DNA of 32,000 nucleotides from Aquifex aeolicus VF5 (GCF_000008625.1 NC_000918.1:1020001-1052000), one strand, 5' to 3'. Counted from the first letter of the stretch, positions 18,433 to 26,830 are shown. The notes: generated by a model from the sequence alone, not told the origin. Translations and numbers: made by a program.

Positions 18433-19127
18433 AACTTCGCCTCTTGATGAACATAATTGATGAAGTAACGAGAAAGTACAACGAACTACTACACAACTAC
18501 AAAGTTCTTTTGAAAGAAACGGAGTTCGAAGCTACCCACGATCCTCTCACAGGCTTGTTCAACAGAACCGCACTCCAGCAACTCTTTAAATACGAAAAGC
18601 AAAGGGCGGACGTTTTGGGAAAAAAGGTGGCCTTCCTGTTTATAGACCTTGACAACTTCAAGGAAGTTAACGATAGATACGGACACGCTGAGGGGGACAG
18701 GGTACTGAAGGATATAGCCCGCATAATAAGAGAAAGCATCAGGGGGACGGATATAGCGGTAAGGATAGGGGGAGACGAGTTTTTGATAATACTGCCCAAC
18801 AGCAACATAGAAACTGCAAAGAGGGTAGGGGAAAGGATAAAGAACGCAATAGAGGAGACCTTTAAGGATTACGGAATTTCTGCGAGTTACGGTATTTCTA
18901 TTTACCCCAATGAAGGTGAAACCTTAGAAGAACTCATTAACTTAGCTGACAGCAGAATGTATCAAATGAAGAGGGAAAAGAAGCTAAAGACCGGGCGGTA
19001 TCTTAAAGGGAACGTTCATAAGGGGATTTTCCTCCTCCTGCTTCACTATCATTGCGTAAACTCCGAAACAGTACTTTCCTACTTCAACAACTCTTCCAAC
19101 TCTTATACCTGCGTCCTCCAGAATTAA
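18417..19127 (+). CDS. GGDEF-domain diguanylate cyclase
   Basis: HDPLTGLFNRTALQQL, FLFIDLDNFKEVNDRYGHAEGDRVLK, RGTDIAVRIGGDEFLIIL (GGDEF plus RxxD I-site spaced 5 aa upstream). The C-terminal ~40 aa overlap the opposite-strand gene and may not be real. Confidence 0.88.
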   Translation: MREDVKLRLLMNIIDEVTRKYNELLHNYKVLLKETEFEATHDPLTGLFNRTALQQLFKYEKQRADVLGKKVAFLFIDLDNFKEVNDRYGHAEGDRVLKDIARIIRESIRGTDIAVRIGGDEFLIILPNSNIETAKRVGERIKNAIEETFKDYGISASYGISIYPNEGETLEELINLADSRMYQMKREKKLKTGRYLKGNVHKGIFLLLLHYHCVNSETVLSYFNNSSNSYTCVLQN

Positions 19128-19616
19128 TCCAACTTCCCATTCGGAGTAAACTTCTTCCGGCGGGGGTCCTTTGTCCCTCTCCTCCTTCTTCCAGTCTATA
19201 ATGGCAAGGTAGGCAAAGGGCTTTGCCACTCTCTTCAACTCTTCTAAGAACTTAAGTGGTTCGGAAAGCTCGTGAAAGGTAAAAGCCATGAATATAAAGT
19301 CGACTGTGTTATCAGGAAGGGGTATTTTATTCTCTTCAGACTTGAGGACTTCCACGTTTTTCAGACCGAGTTTATTTACCTTTTCCCATGCGTAATTTAC
19401 CATTTCCTCCTGAACGTCTATGGCGTAGACCTTTCCCTTTTCTCCTACCATCTTAGAAAGGTAAGGGAGGTAAAATCCCGCTCCCGTTCCTACGTCAAGG
19501 ACAGTCATACCTTCCTTCAGTCCGAACTCTTTTAAAACTTTCTCGGGGTCAAAGAGTTCTAAACGGGAAGGGTCATCTAGCTTCTTTATTTTTGAAGGGT
19601 CAAACTTGTGTGCCAT
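18984..19616 (-). CDS. SAM-dependent methyltransferase (class I, UbiE/Methyltransf_11-like)
   Basis: GMTVLDVGTGAGFYLPYLSKMVGEKGKVYAIDVQEEMV motif I; FIFMAFTFHELSEPLKFLEELKRVAKPFAYLAIIDW. Confidence 0.88.
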   Translation of the reverse strand: MAHKFDPSKIKKLDDPSRLELFDPEKVLKEFGLKEGMTVLDVGTGAGFYLPYLSKMVGEKGKVYAIDVQEEMVNYAWEKVNKLGLKNVEVLKSEENKIPLPDNTVDFIFMAFTFHELSEPLKFLEELKRVAKPFAYLAIIDWKKEERDKGPPPEEVYSEWEVGLILEDAGIRVGRVVEVGKYCFGVYAMIVKQEEENPLMNVPFKIPPGL

Positions 19617-19632
19617 GATATTATTCTACTTT

Positions 19633-20666
19633 ATGCAAACTCCCCTTTACTATGTCCATAAACACCTGAAGGCAAAGTTCACGAACTTCGCAGGCTGGAC
19701 AATGCCACTCCAGTACACCTCAATAATAGAAGAAGTAAGGGCTGTAAGGGAAGAGCCGGAGTGTTTGACATCTCCCACATGGGCAGACTACTAATAGAAG
19801 ACCCTGAGAAAAAACTCCAGTACTTTACCACCAATAACTTGGATAAACTGAGCGTGGGAAAGGTTCAGTATAACCTCCTTCCAAACGAAAAGGGAGGAAT
19901 AAAGGACGACGTCACCGTTTATATGCTCTCAGAAATTGAGTTCTTTCTCTGCGTGAACGCCGCAAATAGACAGAAGGTAATAAATTGGCTCTCTCCTCAC
20001 TTAAAGTTAAGGGATTTATCTGGTGAACTTGTCCAGATAGCCCTTCAGGGCCCGAAAAGCGAGGAAATAATTTCTAAGTTTTATCCGGTCTCCGATTTAA
20101 AATACTACAGGTTCAAGGTTTTTGATAAAACCATTATTTCAAGAACCGGTTACACGGGTGAAGATGGATTTGAGATATACGTCTCTCCCGAAGAGGGAAA
20201 GGAGTTATTTTTAGAACTCGTAAAACTCGCAAAGCCCTGCGGACTCGGAGCGAGGGACGTTCTCAGAATAGAAGCGGGACTCCCACTTTACGGAAATGAG
20301 CTCTCCGAAGAAATAACGCCGATAGAGGTAAACCTTGAGAAGTTCGTGGACTTCTCAAAAGAATTCATAGGAAAGGAAGCGATGCTGAAAAAGAAAGTAA
20401 AGAAAAAGCTCTTTGGTCTGGAGCTGACGGAAAAAGGAATACCGAGGAAAGGCTACAGAGTGTTTAAAGGAGATAGAGAAATAGGCTGGATTTCGAGCGG
20501 TACTTACTCTCCGACGCTTAACAAAGGCATAGCCCTCTGCTTTGTTGATATTGAAGAGAGGAAAGAAGGCAACGAAGTGGAAATCGAGGTAAGGGGCAGG
20601 AGAGTTAGAGGGGTATTGAGAAAGTATCCCTTCGTGAGGACACCAGCGGGAAGGTATCAGAAATGA
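19633..20666 (+). CDS. gcvT: Glycine cleavage system T protein (aminomethyltransferase), interrupted by a 1-nt frame change near 19751-19757
   Basis: Frame 1: MQTPLYYVHKHLKAKFTNFAGWTMPLQYTSIIEEVRAVRE. Frame 2: GVFDISHMGRLLIEDPEKK...SRTGYTGEDGFEIYV...LRIEAGLPLYGNEL. Joined they give the usual AVRExAGVFDISHMG junction. Confidence 0.9.
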
Positions 20667-22096
20667 GCAAAGGTAATTAAATCTGATACACTTCCCGCAA
20701 AGTGTCCTTCGCTGTCCCCTTTTGGGGAACAGGATTTACTACCCGCTATCTCCCAAAGAACCGGGAGACTCGCAGGATACCTGAATAAATTTACCTTCAC
20801 AGGTCTTGACAATTTGTCTAACCAGTTCCTTAAACTCAAAAACTCTTCCCTTACTTTCTTACCTAACGCTTTTATCGCTAAATTTAGTGCTCCGTTCAAA
20901 TCCGCATTAAATACCTTTTTTAGTCTTCGGTCTCTAAAAAGACCTCTCTTTATCCTTCTTCCTTCAAACTTCAGCTTCTTAACTTCTCCTTCAGGTATTT
21001 CTTCCTTCAAAACTTCTATGTTCCCGCTTACCGACGAAACCTTTGAAGTCCAGCTCTCGTCTTCTTTTACCACTTCTATACCACAAAGCTCACACTTGTA
21101 CTCTATCATTTTCACAAGCTCTCCAAGTGGTATAAACCTGAACTCCTGATTGAACCTCGCTCCCTTTTCGCTATCCTTTTGATATTCTTCGTTCAAAGAA
21201 TTCGGAATTATTACTCTCCCTATCCCTCTCTCAAGGCAAACTCTCACTATCAGGTTTGCCACCTGATGGAAAAATCCCTTTATCCTCTTTTTCCTGTATC
21301 TCCACAGTTTTCTTTCAAGTCTTTCTTTTCCCTCACTCCTTAGTTTCGCACTTAGTTTGTTTACCCACTGGTTGAACGACTTTAATGGATTTCCGTCAAC
21401 TATAAAACTTCTTAAATTTTCGTCATTTGAAATGCAGGAAACGAGGTTTCTTACTCCTAAGTCTATACTCAACCACTTTTCCTTTAGGAGTTCCTTTTGA
21501 GCTTTCGGAACTTCGTAGCTTATCCTGAATATAACCTCTGTATCTTCGTACCAAGTTATCTTTACATCTCGGATATTTATCCCCTGAGGAATTTTCACCT
21601 TTACAGCTCCGAAAGAAATTCCGAGTCTAACCACTATGGAGTTTTCCCTTCTTCTCTTTAGTTTTCTTTTGTCCACTAACATATTGGGATTTGTAGGAAC
21701 TGTGAATTTATGAACCTTCTTGAGTTTTCTTGGTCTCGGGAGGAAAGCTCTTTCTCCCTTCTTCCATTTTTCAAGGACGCTTTTTACTTCTTTTGAAACC
21801 TGACGAGCGAGAGCTTTTACCGTATCTGAACCTATCTCTTTTTCCCAGAGTTCTTTTAGCTTTTCCCTGTAGCTTTTAATTTTCTCGTTTTCAAAAGGTA
21901 GGTTTTCCTTTCCCTTTACGAACTTCTCAAGGAAAGAAACACTCAGGAAAGGTTTTACGTCTTTCGTGTTTTTATAGTATTCAAGCAAGCAAAGGTATAG
22001 AAGGTTTTTGAATTGTTGAAAGGTTAGGCTCGCTCTTTTGAGTTTATTTAGAACGCTTCTCTTTGTAGTTGATATTTCAAGTGTCAGAGTTTGCAT
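20657..22096 (-). CDS. tnpB: IS200/IS605-family TnpB, atypical RuvC/Zn-finger region
   Basis: Met at 22096 (MQTLTLEISTTKRSVLNKLK). LSIDLGVRNLVSCIS, GRVIIPNSLNEEYQKDSEKGARFNQEFRFIPLGELVKMIEYKCELCGIEVVKEDESWTSK, GLFRDRRLKKVFNADLNGALNLAIKA. The longer ORF start at 22405 runs antisense into the TauE gene and is rejected. Confidence 0.85.
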   Translation of the reverse strand: MQTLTLEISTTKRSVLNKLKRASLTFQQFKNLLYLCLLEYYKNTKDVKPFLSVSFLEKFVKGKENLPFENEKIKSYREKLKELWEKEIGSDTVKALARQVSKEVKSVLEKWKKGERAFLPRPRKLKKVHKFTVPTNPNMLVDKRKLKRRRENSIVVRLGISFGAVKVKIPQGINIRDVKITWYEDTEVIFRISYEVPKAQKELLKEKWLSIDLGVRNLVSCISNDENLRSFIVDGNPLKSFNQWVNKLSAKLRSEGKERLERKLWRYRKKRIKGFFHQVANLIVRVCLERGIGRVIIPNSLNEEYQKDSEKGARFNQEFRFIPLGELVKMIEYKCELCGIEVVKEDESWTSKVSSVSGNIEVLKEEIPEGEVKKLKFEGRRIKRGLFRDRRLKKVFNADLNGALNLAIKALGKKVREEFLSLRNWLDKLSRPVKVNLFRYPASLPVLWEIAGSKSCSPKGDSEGHFAGSVSDLITFAHF

Positions 22097-22140
22097 CCTT
22101 CGATATACCTGATATATTTTGATAACGAAATTGTCAACTG
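20667..22140 (-). mobile_element. Single-gene tnpB element (no tnpA seen), boundaries approximate
   Basis: tnpB alone between the gcvT stop and the 5' end of a TauE gene, with hairpin-rich sequence at the tnpB 3' end. Termini not precisely identifiable by eye. Confidence 0.45.
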
Positions 22141-22160
22141 TTGTGGAGGAGGAAGAAGTA

Positions 22161-23009
22161 ATGGAACTTCTCCTGTTTATCTGGGGAATAGTGGTGGGCA
22201 CAGTATTCTCAACGGTGGGAGCTGCAGGTGGGATACTCGCGGGCTTCGGGCACATATCCCTTTTTGGCATAAACGTAGCAAACTCAGTCAAAGTCATGAA
22301 CCAGATACTCGTGATAATATCCACACTCATTTCCGTTCCCACATACTGGAAACAGGGAAGGTTAATCTTTATTCTCGGAGGACTGCTCGGTATCGGTAGT
22401 GTCATAGGAGCTATCGTCGGTTCTACACTCTCCTACACCTACCTTTCGGGTTTAAAAGCCTACAAATTCCTTTTTGGTATTTTTACGCTAATAGTAGCCT
22501 TTAAAGTTTTCCACGACGTGTTTGTAAAGGAAAGAGAAAGAGTAAAGAGCATAGACAAAGATTTGAAGGAAGGCAAGGAAAGAAGGGTAAAGGTGCTAAA
22601 GAGAAGCATGAAAGAAGTAGAGTTTTCCTTTCTCGGGAAGAAATACTCTTTCAATCCAATTCTCCCCGTTCTGGCCGGCTTTGTGGTTGCGGTTATATCC
22701 TCCGCCCTAGGCGTAGGAGGGGGCTTCCTACTAGTTCCCTTTATGGTTTCCGTTCTGAAAGTTCCCATGTACCTTGTTCCGGGAACGAGTGCTTTTGCAG
22801 TTTTAATAACGACTACGATCAGTATGCTCAACTACATAAAGCTCGGGGCTGTGGTTTACTGGAAGGTAATCTTTGCGGAAGCACTCGGGGTTATAGTGGG
22901 CTCTTTCATAGGCCCCCACATTTCCCACATTCTGGGCGAAAGGAGGCTCAGACTTTTACTCGGCTTCATACTCCTCGGTATAGGACTTAAGTATATCTTT
23001 ATAAGATGA
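22161..23009 (+). CDS. TauE/SafE-family sulfite exporter-like permease
   Basis: Start MELLLFIWGIVVGTVFSTVGAAGGILAGFGHISLFGI after GGAGGAGGAAG; polytopic; VISSALGVGGGFLLVPFM. Confidence 0.88.
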   Translation: MELLLFIWGIVVGTVFSTVGAAGGILAGFGHISLFGINVANSVKVMNQILVIISTLISVPTYWKQGRLIFILGGLLGIGSVIGAIVGSTLSYTYLSGLKAYKFLFGIFTLIVAFKVFHDVFVKERERVKSIDKDLKEGKERRVKVLKRSMKEVEFSFLGKKYSFNPILPVLAGFVVAVISSALGVGGGFLLVPFMVSVLKVPMYLVPGTSAFAVLITTTISMLNYIKLGAVVYWKVIFAEALGVIVGSFIGPHISHILGERRLRLLLGFILLGIGLKYIFIR

Positions 23010-23755
23010 TGGAAGTGAGGATAAATAAGTTCTTATCGGAAGCGGGAGTAGCGTCGCGCAGAAAAGCGGAAAAACTAATTCTGGAGGGCAGAGTAAAGGT
23101 AAACGGAGAAGTCGTAAGGAGCTTGGGAGTAAAAGTAAACCCAGAAGTGGACATAGTTGAAGTGGACGGAAAACCCGTAAAGCCCCAGAGAAAACGGTAC
23201 ATAATCCTGAACAAGCCCTGTTGCTATTTGACTCAGCTCGGAAGGTCCCCTGACGGGAGGAAGACTATTGAAGAGCTTATAAAGGACATACCCGAGAGGG
23301 TATTTCCTGTGGGAAGGCTTGATTACAACACTGAAGGGCTTTTGATACTAACCAACGACGGAGAGCTCGCAAACAGGATACTCCACCCGAGGTACAAACT
23401 GCCGAAGGTTTACCTCGCACTCGTTGAAGGGAAAGTAGACCAGAAAACTTTAAAGAGGATGAAGCAGGGAATAGAACTGGAGGATGGCTTTGCAAAACCC
23501 GACAACATAAGGATAGTACGCTACGAAGGGAAAAACACACTCCTTGAGATAACATTCCACGAAGGGAGGAAGCACTTAGTTAAGAGGTTTTTAGGAGCTT
23601 TCGGACATAAGGTAAAGCGTTTAAAGAGGATAGCTATCGGACCAATAAAACTCGGTAAGCTCTCTCCGGGCAAGTGGAGGGAACTTAATCAGGGGGAACT
23701 TGCCCAGCTCTTTAAAGCGGTGGGACTGAAGTACGTTCCGAGGAAGAGGAGATGA
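23006..23755 (+). CDS. rluB: Pseudouridine synthase, RsuA/RluB family
   Basis: S4 domain RINKFLSEAGVASRRKAEKLILEGRVKVNG; catalytic VGRLDYNTEGLLILTNDGELANRILHPRYKLPKVY. Confidence 0.9.
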   Translation: MMEVRINKFLSEAGVASRRKAEKLILEGRVKVNGEVVRSLGVKVNPEVDIVEVDGKPVKPQRKRYIILNKPCCYLTQLGRSPDGRKTIEELIKDIPERVFPVGRLDYNTEGLLILTNDGELANRILHPRYKLPKVYLALVEGKVDQKTLKRMKQGIELEDGFAKPDNIRIVRYEGKNTLLEITFHEGRKHLVKRFLGAFGHKVKRLKRIAIGPIKLGKLSPGKWRELNQGELAQLFKAVGLKYVPRKRR

Positions 23756-24144
23756 TAAACAGGAAAGTTGTTTACGCACTTTCCGCCCTTTTGCTCTTCG
23801 TGTATTCCTATGCCTTTATAAGCGACTTTTCGGAATTTAAAAACTTCCTGAACATCCAGTACTTAAAGTTCAAGGAATTTCTATTCCTCCTGAACAACGC
23901 AGAGGAAAAAAGAAGGGGAACCCTAAACGAAGATGTTTTAAGGCAGTTGACCGAGAATTTAGAACTCGTGAGTATAAGGTACGAGTATGGGAAGTACGAG
24001 GTGAAGCTGAGAAAAGTAAACGCAGTAGAACTGGTAAGTTTATTAAAAGAACTTGAGAATTACGGTAAGGTTGAGAAACTGGAGGCTGTTGACAACACGG
24101 GAAGGGGGATTTTTGACGTAAAGTTCATCGTTTCTCCTTTATAA
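23752..24144 (+). CDS. Small inner-membrane protein, GspM/PilO-like architecture
   Basis: N-terminal TM ([19 protein letters not shown]), short helix, C-term [32 protein letters not shown] typical of GspM/PilO ferredoxin-like domain. Family call is tentative. Confidence 0.45.
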
Positions 24145-24505
24145 CTGTAACGTTTACGTAGTACGGGTTTACCGCAACTGGTTGTATAAAGTAAGGCAGG
24201 GGAGAAACCACATCAACCCTTACCCTGTGAGTGCCTTCCTTCAGCTCGAAAACGTAAATTATCGCTCTTACTCTTTCAAGTAGTTTTGATTCTAGAAATC
24301 TTCTGGAAACGATAAGCGTAATGTCAACCGTTTGGGGCTCTACCCTGTAAACGTAACCTTCCCTCTTTCCCTGAATTTCTACAAACCTTACTATATCAAG
24401 GGGTAGTCTCTCTCCGAAGTTGACGACAAACCATATACTCAGGCTCAGAATCAGAGCTACAAGAACGTGTACTAAGTTTTCCTTACGAGCCATGTTTAAC
24501 CCCAA
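24125..24505 (-). CDS. YbbR-domain protein (CdaR-like)
   Basis: N-term [24 protein letters not shown], followed by YbbR-like strand pattern; downstream of and overlapping cdaA. Confidence 0.65.
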
Positions 24506-25253
24506 GGAGTTCCATTAATTTGTCCTTTAAAAGCTCGTGATCCAGAATTTTTTCAATATTCCCTTCAACCGCCACGGATATTTCTCCGGTTTCTTCCGAG
24601 ACCACTATCGCCACGGCGTCACTCATCTCGGTAATCCCCACCGCTGCCCTGTGTCTCGTCCCGTACTTTTTGGGGAGCTCCGGGTTTTTGGATAGAGGCA
24701 AAACGCAGGAGGCAAAGGCTATCCTGTCGTCCCTTATAACAACAGCACCGTCGTGAAGGGGAGTGAGGGGGTAGAAAATCGTTATTATGAGTTCAGCAGT
24801 TATGTAAGCGTCTAGGTATATACAACCTTCTATTAAATCCTCTATGTTCTGCTGTCTCTCTATTACTATTAAAGCACCTATCTGTCTTTCCGCCATAAAC
24901 CTGCACGCTCTTACTATCCTGTCTATTGAACGCTCTTCGTACTCTTTTAGTTTTATTACCTTTGTCCTTTTTCCTATGTTTGCAAGTGTCCTCCTTATCT
25001 CGGGCTGGAATATGACTATGAGTGTAAAGAGGATAAGTGTCCAGAGTTTTTCAAACATCCAGGAGAGTGTCGTTAAGCTGAGTACTTCAGCAAAGAGCCA
25101 GAGTATACCCAAGTAAATCAGAAGCCTGAGAATGTAGAGTCCCTTAGCTATGTAAAGAAACCTTATAAACAGGTAGAAAAATAGGAATAAACCGAATATG
25201 TCTAAGATATCTCTCCAAGAAAAGAACTCTTTTAAAAACTCAAGAAACGTCAT
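24483..25253 (-). CDS. cdaA: Diadenylate cyclase CdaA (DisA_N/DAC domain)
   Basis: N-terminal TMs; [15 protein letters not shown]; [26 protein letters not shown]; [32 protein letters not shown] (DGA and RHR motifs). Confidence 0.93.
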
Positions 25254-26439
25254 ACGTCCTCACAGCGTCAAGCAGAGCTAAAAATTCCCTCGTTTCCTTA
25301 ACGTCGTGAACCCTTACTATGCTAGCACCTCCCAGAACCGCGGGAGCAAGAGCTCCGAGACTTCCAAATAGCCTTTCCTTTGGCTCCGTCTTCCTGTTTA
25401 AGAACCCTTCTAAAATCAATCCTATAAAAGACTTTCTCGATACTCCAACCATGAGTATTTTTCCGAAAATTTTAAATTCGTGAAAGCGCTTGAGTATTTC
25501 AACGTTGTGCTCGGGCAGTTTGCCGAAGCCTATGCCTGGATCAAGAATAATTTTTTCCTCTTCTCTAAAACCTAACTCCTTTAATTTATTTATCTGATTT
25601 TTAAAAAATTGTGAAATTTCTTCCACCACGTCCTCGTAAATTATGGGCTCTTCCTTCCACGTTTCGGGTCTTCCCTTCATGTGGTTTATAACGTAAGGGC
25701 ACCTGTACTCTGTAACAACTTTCAGTATTTCCGGGTCAAACGTCCCACCGCTCACATCGTTTATTATGTCCGCTCCCTCGTCAAGGCAAGCCTTTGCAAC
25801 CTCCGCCTTGTAAGTGTCCACGGAAATCCATGTGTCAGGAAGTTCTCTTCTCACTTCCTTTAAAGCGGGTAAAACTCTATTTAGTTCTTCCTCAGCACTT
25901 ATCCTTTTTGAGCCCGGTCTCGTGCTCTCTCCCCCTATGTCTATAATCTCCGCTCCCTCCTGTGCCATCTTTACAGCCCTTTCAACCGCTTTCTTTGGTT
26001 CTAAGAACTCTCCTCCGTCGGAAAAGCTGTCAGGCGTAACGTTTAAAACTCCCATTATCGCGGTTTTTAGCCCCAGCGGAAGTATTTTCTGATTGTAATT
26101 TAATTGAAAGTACTTTTTTCTGTACCTTATAAAACTCTCAAGTATTTCCTGAGCGAGCTTCTTAGCCTCAGGGTATTTTACGAGTTCCGAACAAAAGTCC
26201 TTTAGCTTCGCTTCACTTCCGCAAACTACGGTTCTTCCGTCCTTGTGAAAAATGGAAACACAACTCTTCCTTGCAGATTCAAATAAGGCATTCGGAGGAA
26301 TAGAGGGATCGGAAAAGTAAACGCAGTGAAAAATACCCTCAAAAGCCCTCTGCTCAGCCTCTCTAAAAAATACGCCGATTTTCTCTTTCAGAAATTTGTA
26401 AAAGAGGTCCTTATCCTCAAAGTGTTTGATTAGAAGCAT
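25240..26439 (-). CDS. folP: Dihydropteroate synthase with N-terminal extension
   Basis: AIMGVLNVTPDSFSDGGEF, IIDIGGESTRPGSKRI, DIINDVSGG, RPYVINHMKG, IILDPGIGFGK, LMVGVSRKSFIG. The first ~120 aa lie outside the core fold. Confidence 0.93.
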   Translation of the reverse strand: MLLIKHFEDKDLFYKFLKEKIGVFFREAEQRAFEGIFHCVYFSDPSIPPNALFESARKSCVSIFHKDGRTVVCGSEAKLKDFCSELVKYPEAKKLAQEILESFIRYRKKYFQLNYNQKILPLGLKTAIMGVLNVTPDSFSDGGEFLEPKKAVERAVKMAQEGAEIIDIGGESTRPGSKRISAEEELNRVLPALKEVRRELPDTWISVDTYKAEVAKACLDEGADIINDVSGGTFDPEILKVVTEYRCPYVINHMKGRPETWKEEPIIYEDVVEEISQFFKNQINKLKELGFREEEKIILDPGIGFGKLPEHNVEILKRFHEFKIFGKILMVGVSRKSFIGLILEGFLNRKTEPKERLFGSLGALAPAVLGGASIVRVHDVKETREFLALLDAVRTYDVS

Positions 26440-26463
26440 TTAAAAGAATATTTTAAAGGAAAA

Positions 26464-26673
26464 TCAGCAGGTGCACTCTTTCACCCCCAGAGCTCTGTAC
26501 AGGCTGACTACGGGACACCAGTTAGTGAAGGCCGACTGTATTTGATTTATTGACATAAACACTATAAACGCCTTCCAAAACCAGTGCACATCCTGAGCTG
26601 GCAGTATTCCGAATAAGAACACTATAAGCAGTACTACACCAGAAGTGAGTCTGAGGAGTCTGTCCATAGTCAT
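26464..26673 (-). CDS. DUF2892 (YgaP-like) small membrane protein
   Basis: 69 aa: MDRLLRLTSGVVLLIVFLFGI...WFWKAFIVFMSINQIQSAFTNWCPVVSLYRALGVKEC. Confidence 0.85.
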   Translation of the reverse strand: MTMDRLLRLTSGVVLLIVFLFGILPAQDVHWFWKAFIVFMSINQIQSAFTNWCPVVSLYRALGVKECTC

Positions 26674-26702
26674 GTCCGTACCTCCTTATAAGTTTTTAAG
26701 GA

Positions 26703-26720
26703 TATAAGAATATTCTAATA
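26703..26720. promoter_or_regulatory. Candidate operator: TATAAGAATATTCTAATA near-palindrome
   Basis: 18-bp palindrome (one mismatch pair) centred on AGAATATTCT, 30-47 bp upstream of the DUF2892 start. Confidence 0.4.
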
Positions 26721-26798
26721 TTTTGAATTTAGCTCCGGAAAGGAGTTTTTCAAGAGGGATTAGAAGGGATTACAAAACCAAGGAAAAAATATCTGATA

Positions 26799-26830
26799 AG
26801 CCACAATCCCTTACTGTTAGGGCGTAACCC
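26799..26830. repeat. Degenerate direct repeat copy 1
   Basis: AGCCACAATCCCTTACTGTTAGGGCGTAACCC. Confidence 0.85.

Noticed and set aside
22097-22405. N-terminal extension of the tnpB ORF to 22405
   Set aside because: Extension runs antisense through the start of the TauE gene; TnpB homology begins at MQTLTLEISTTKRSVLNKLKRAS, so the start at 22096 is preferred.
26732-26750. + strand terminator-like CTCC-GGAAA-GGAG-TTTTT
   Set aside because: Only a 4-bp stem and no + strand gene upstream to terminate; likely chance, though it lies at the edge of the interesting gap.
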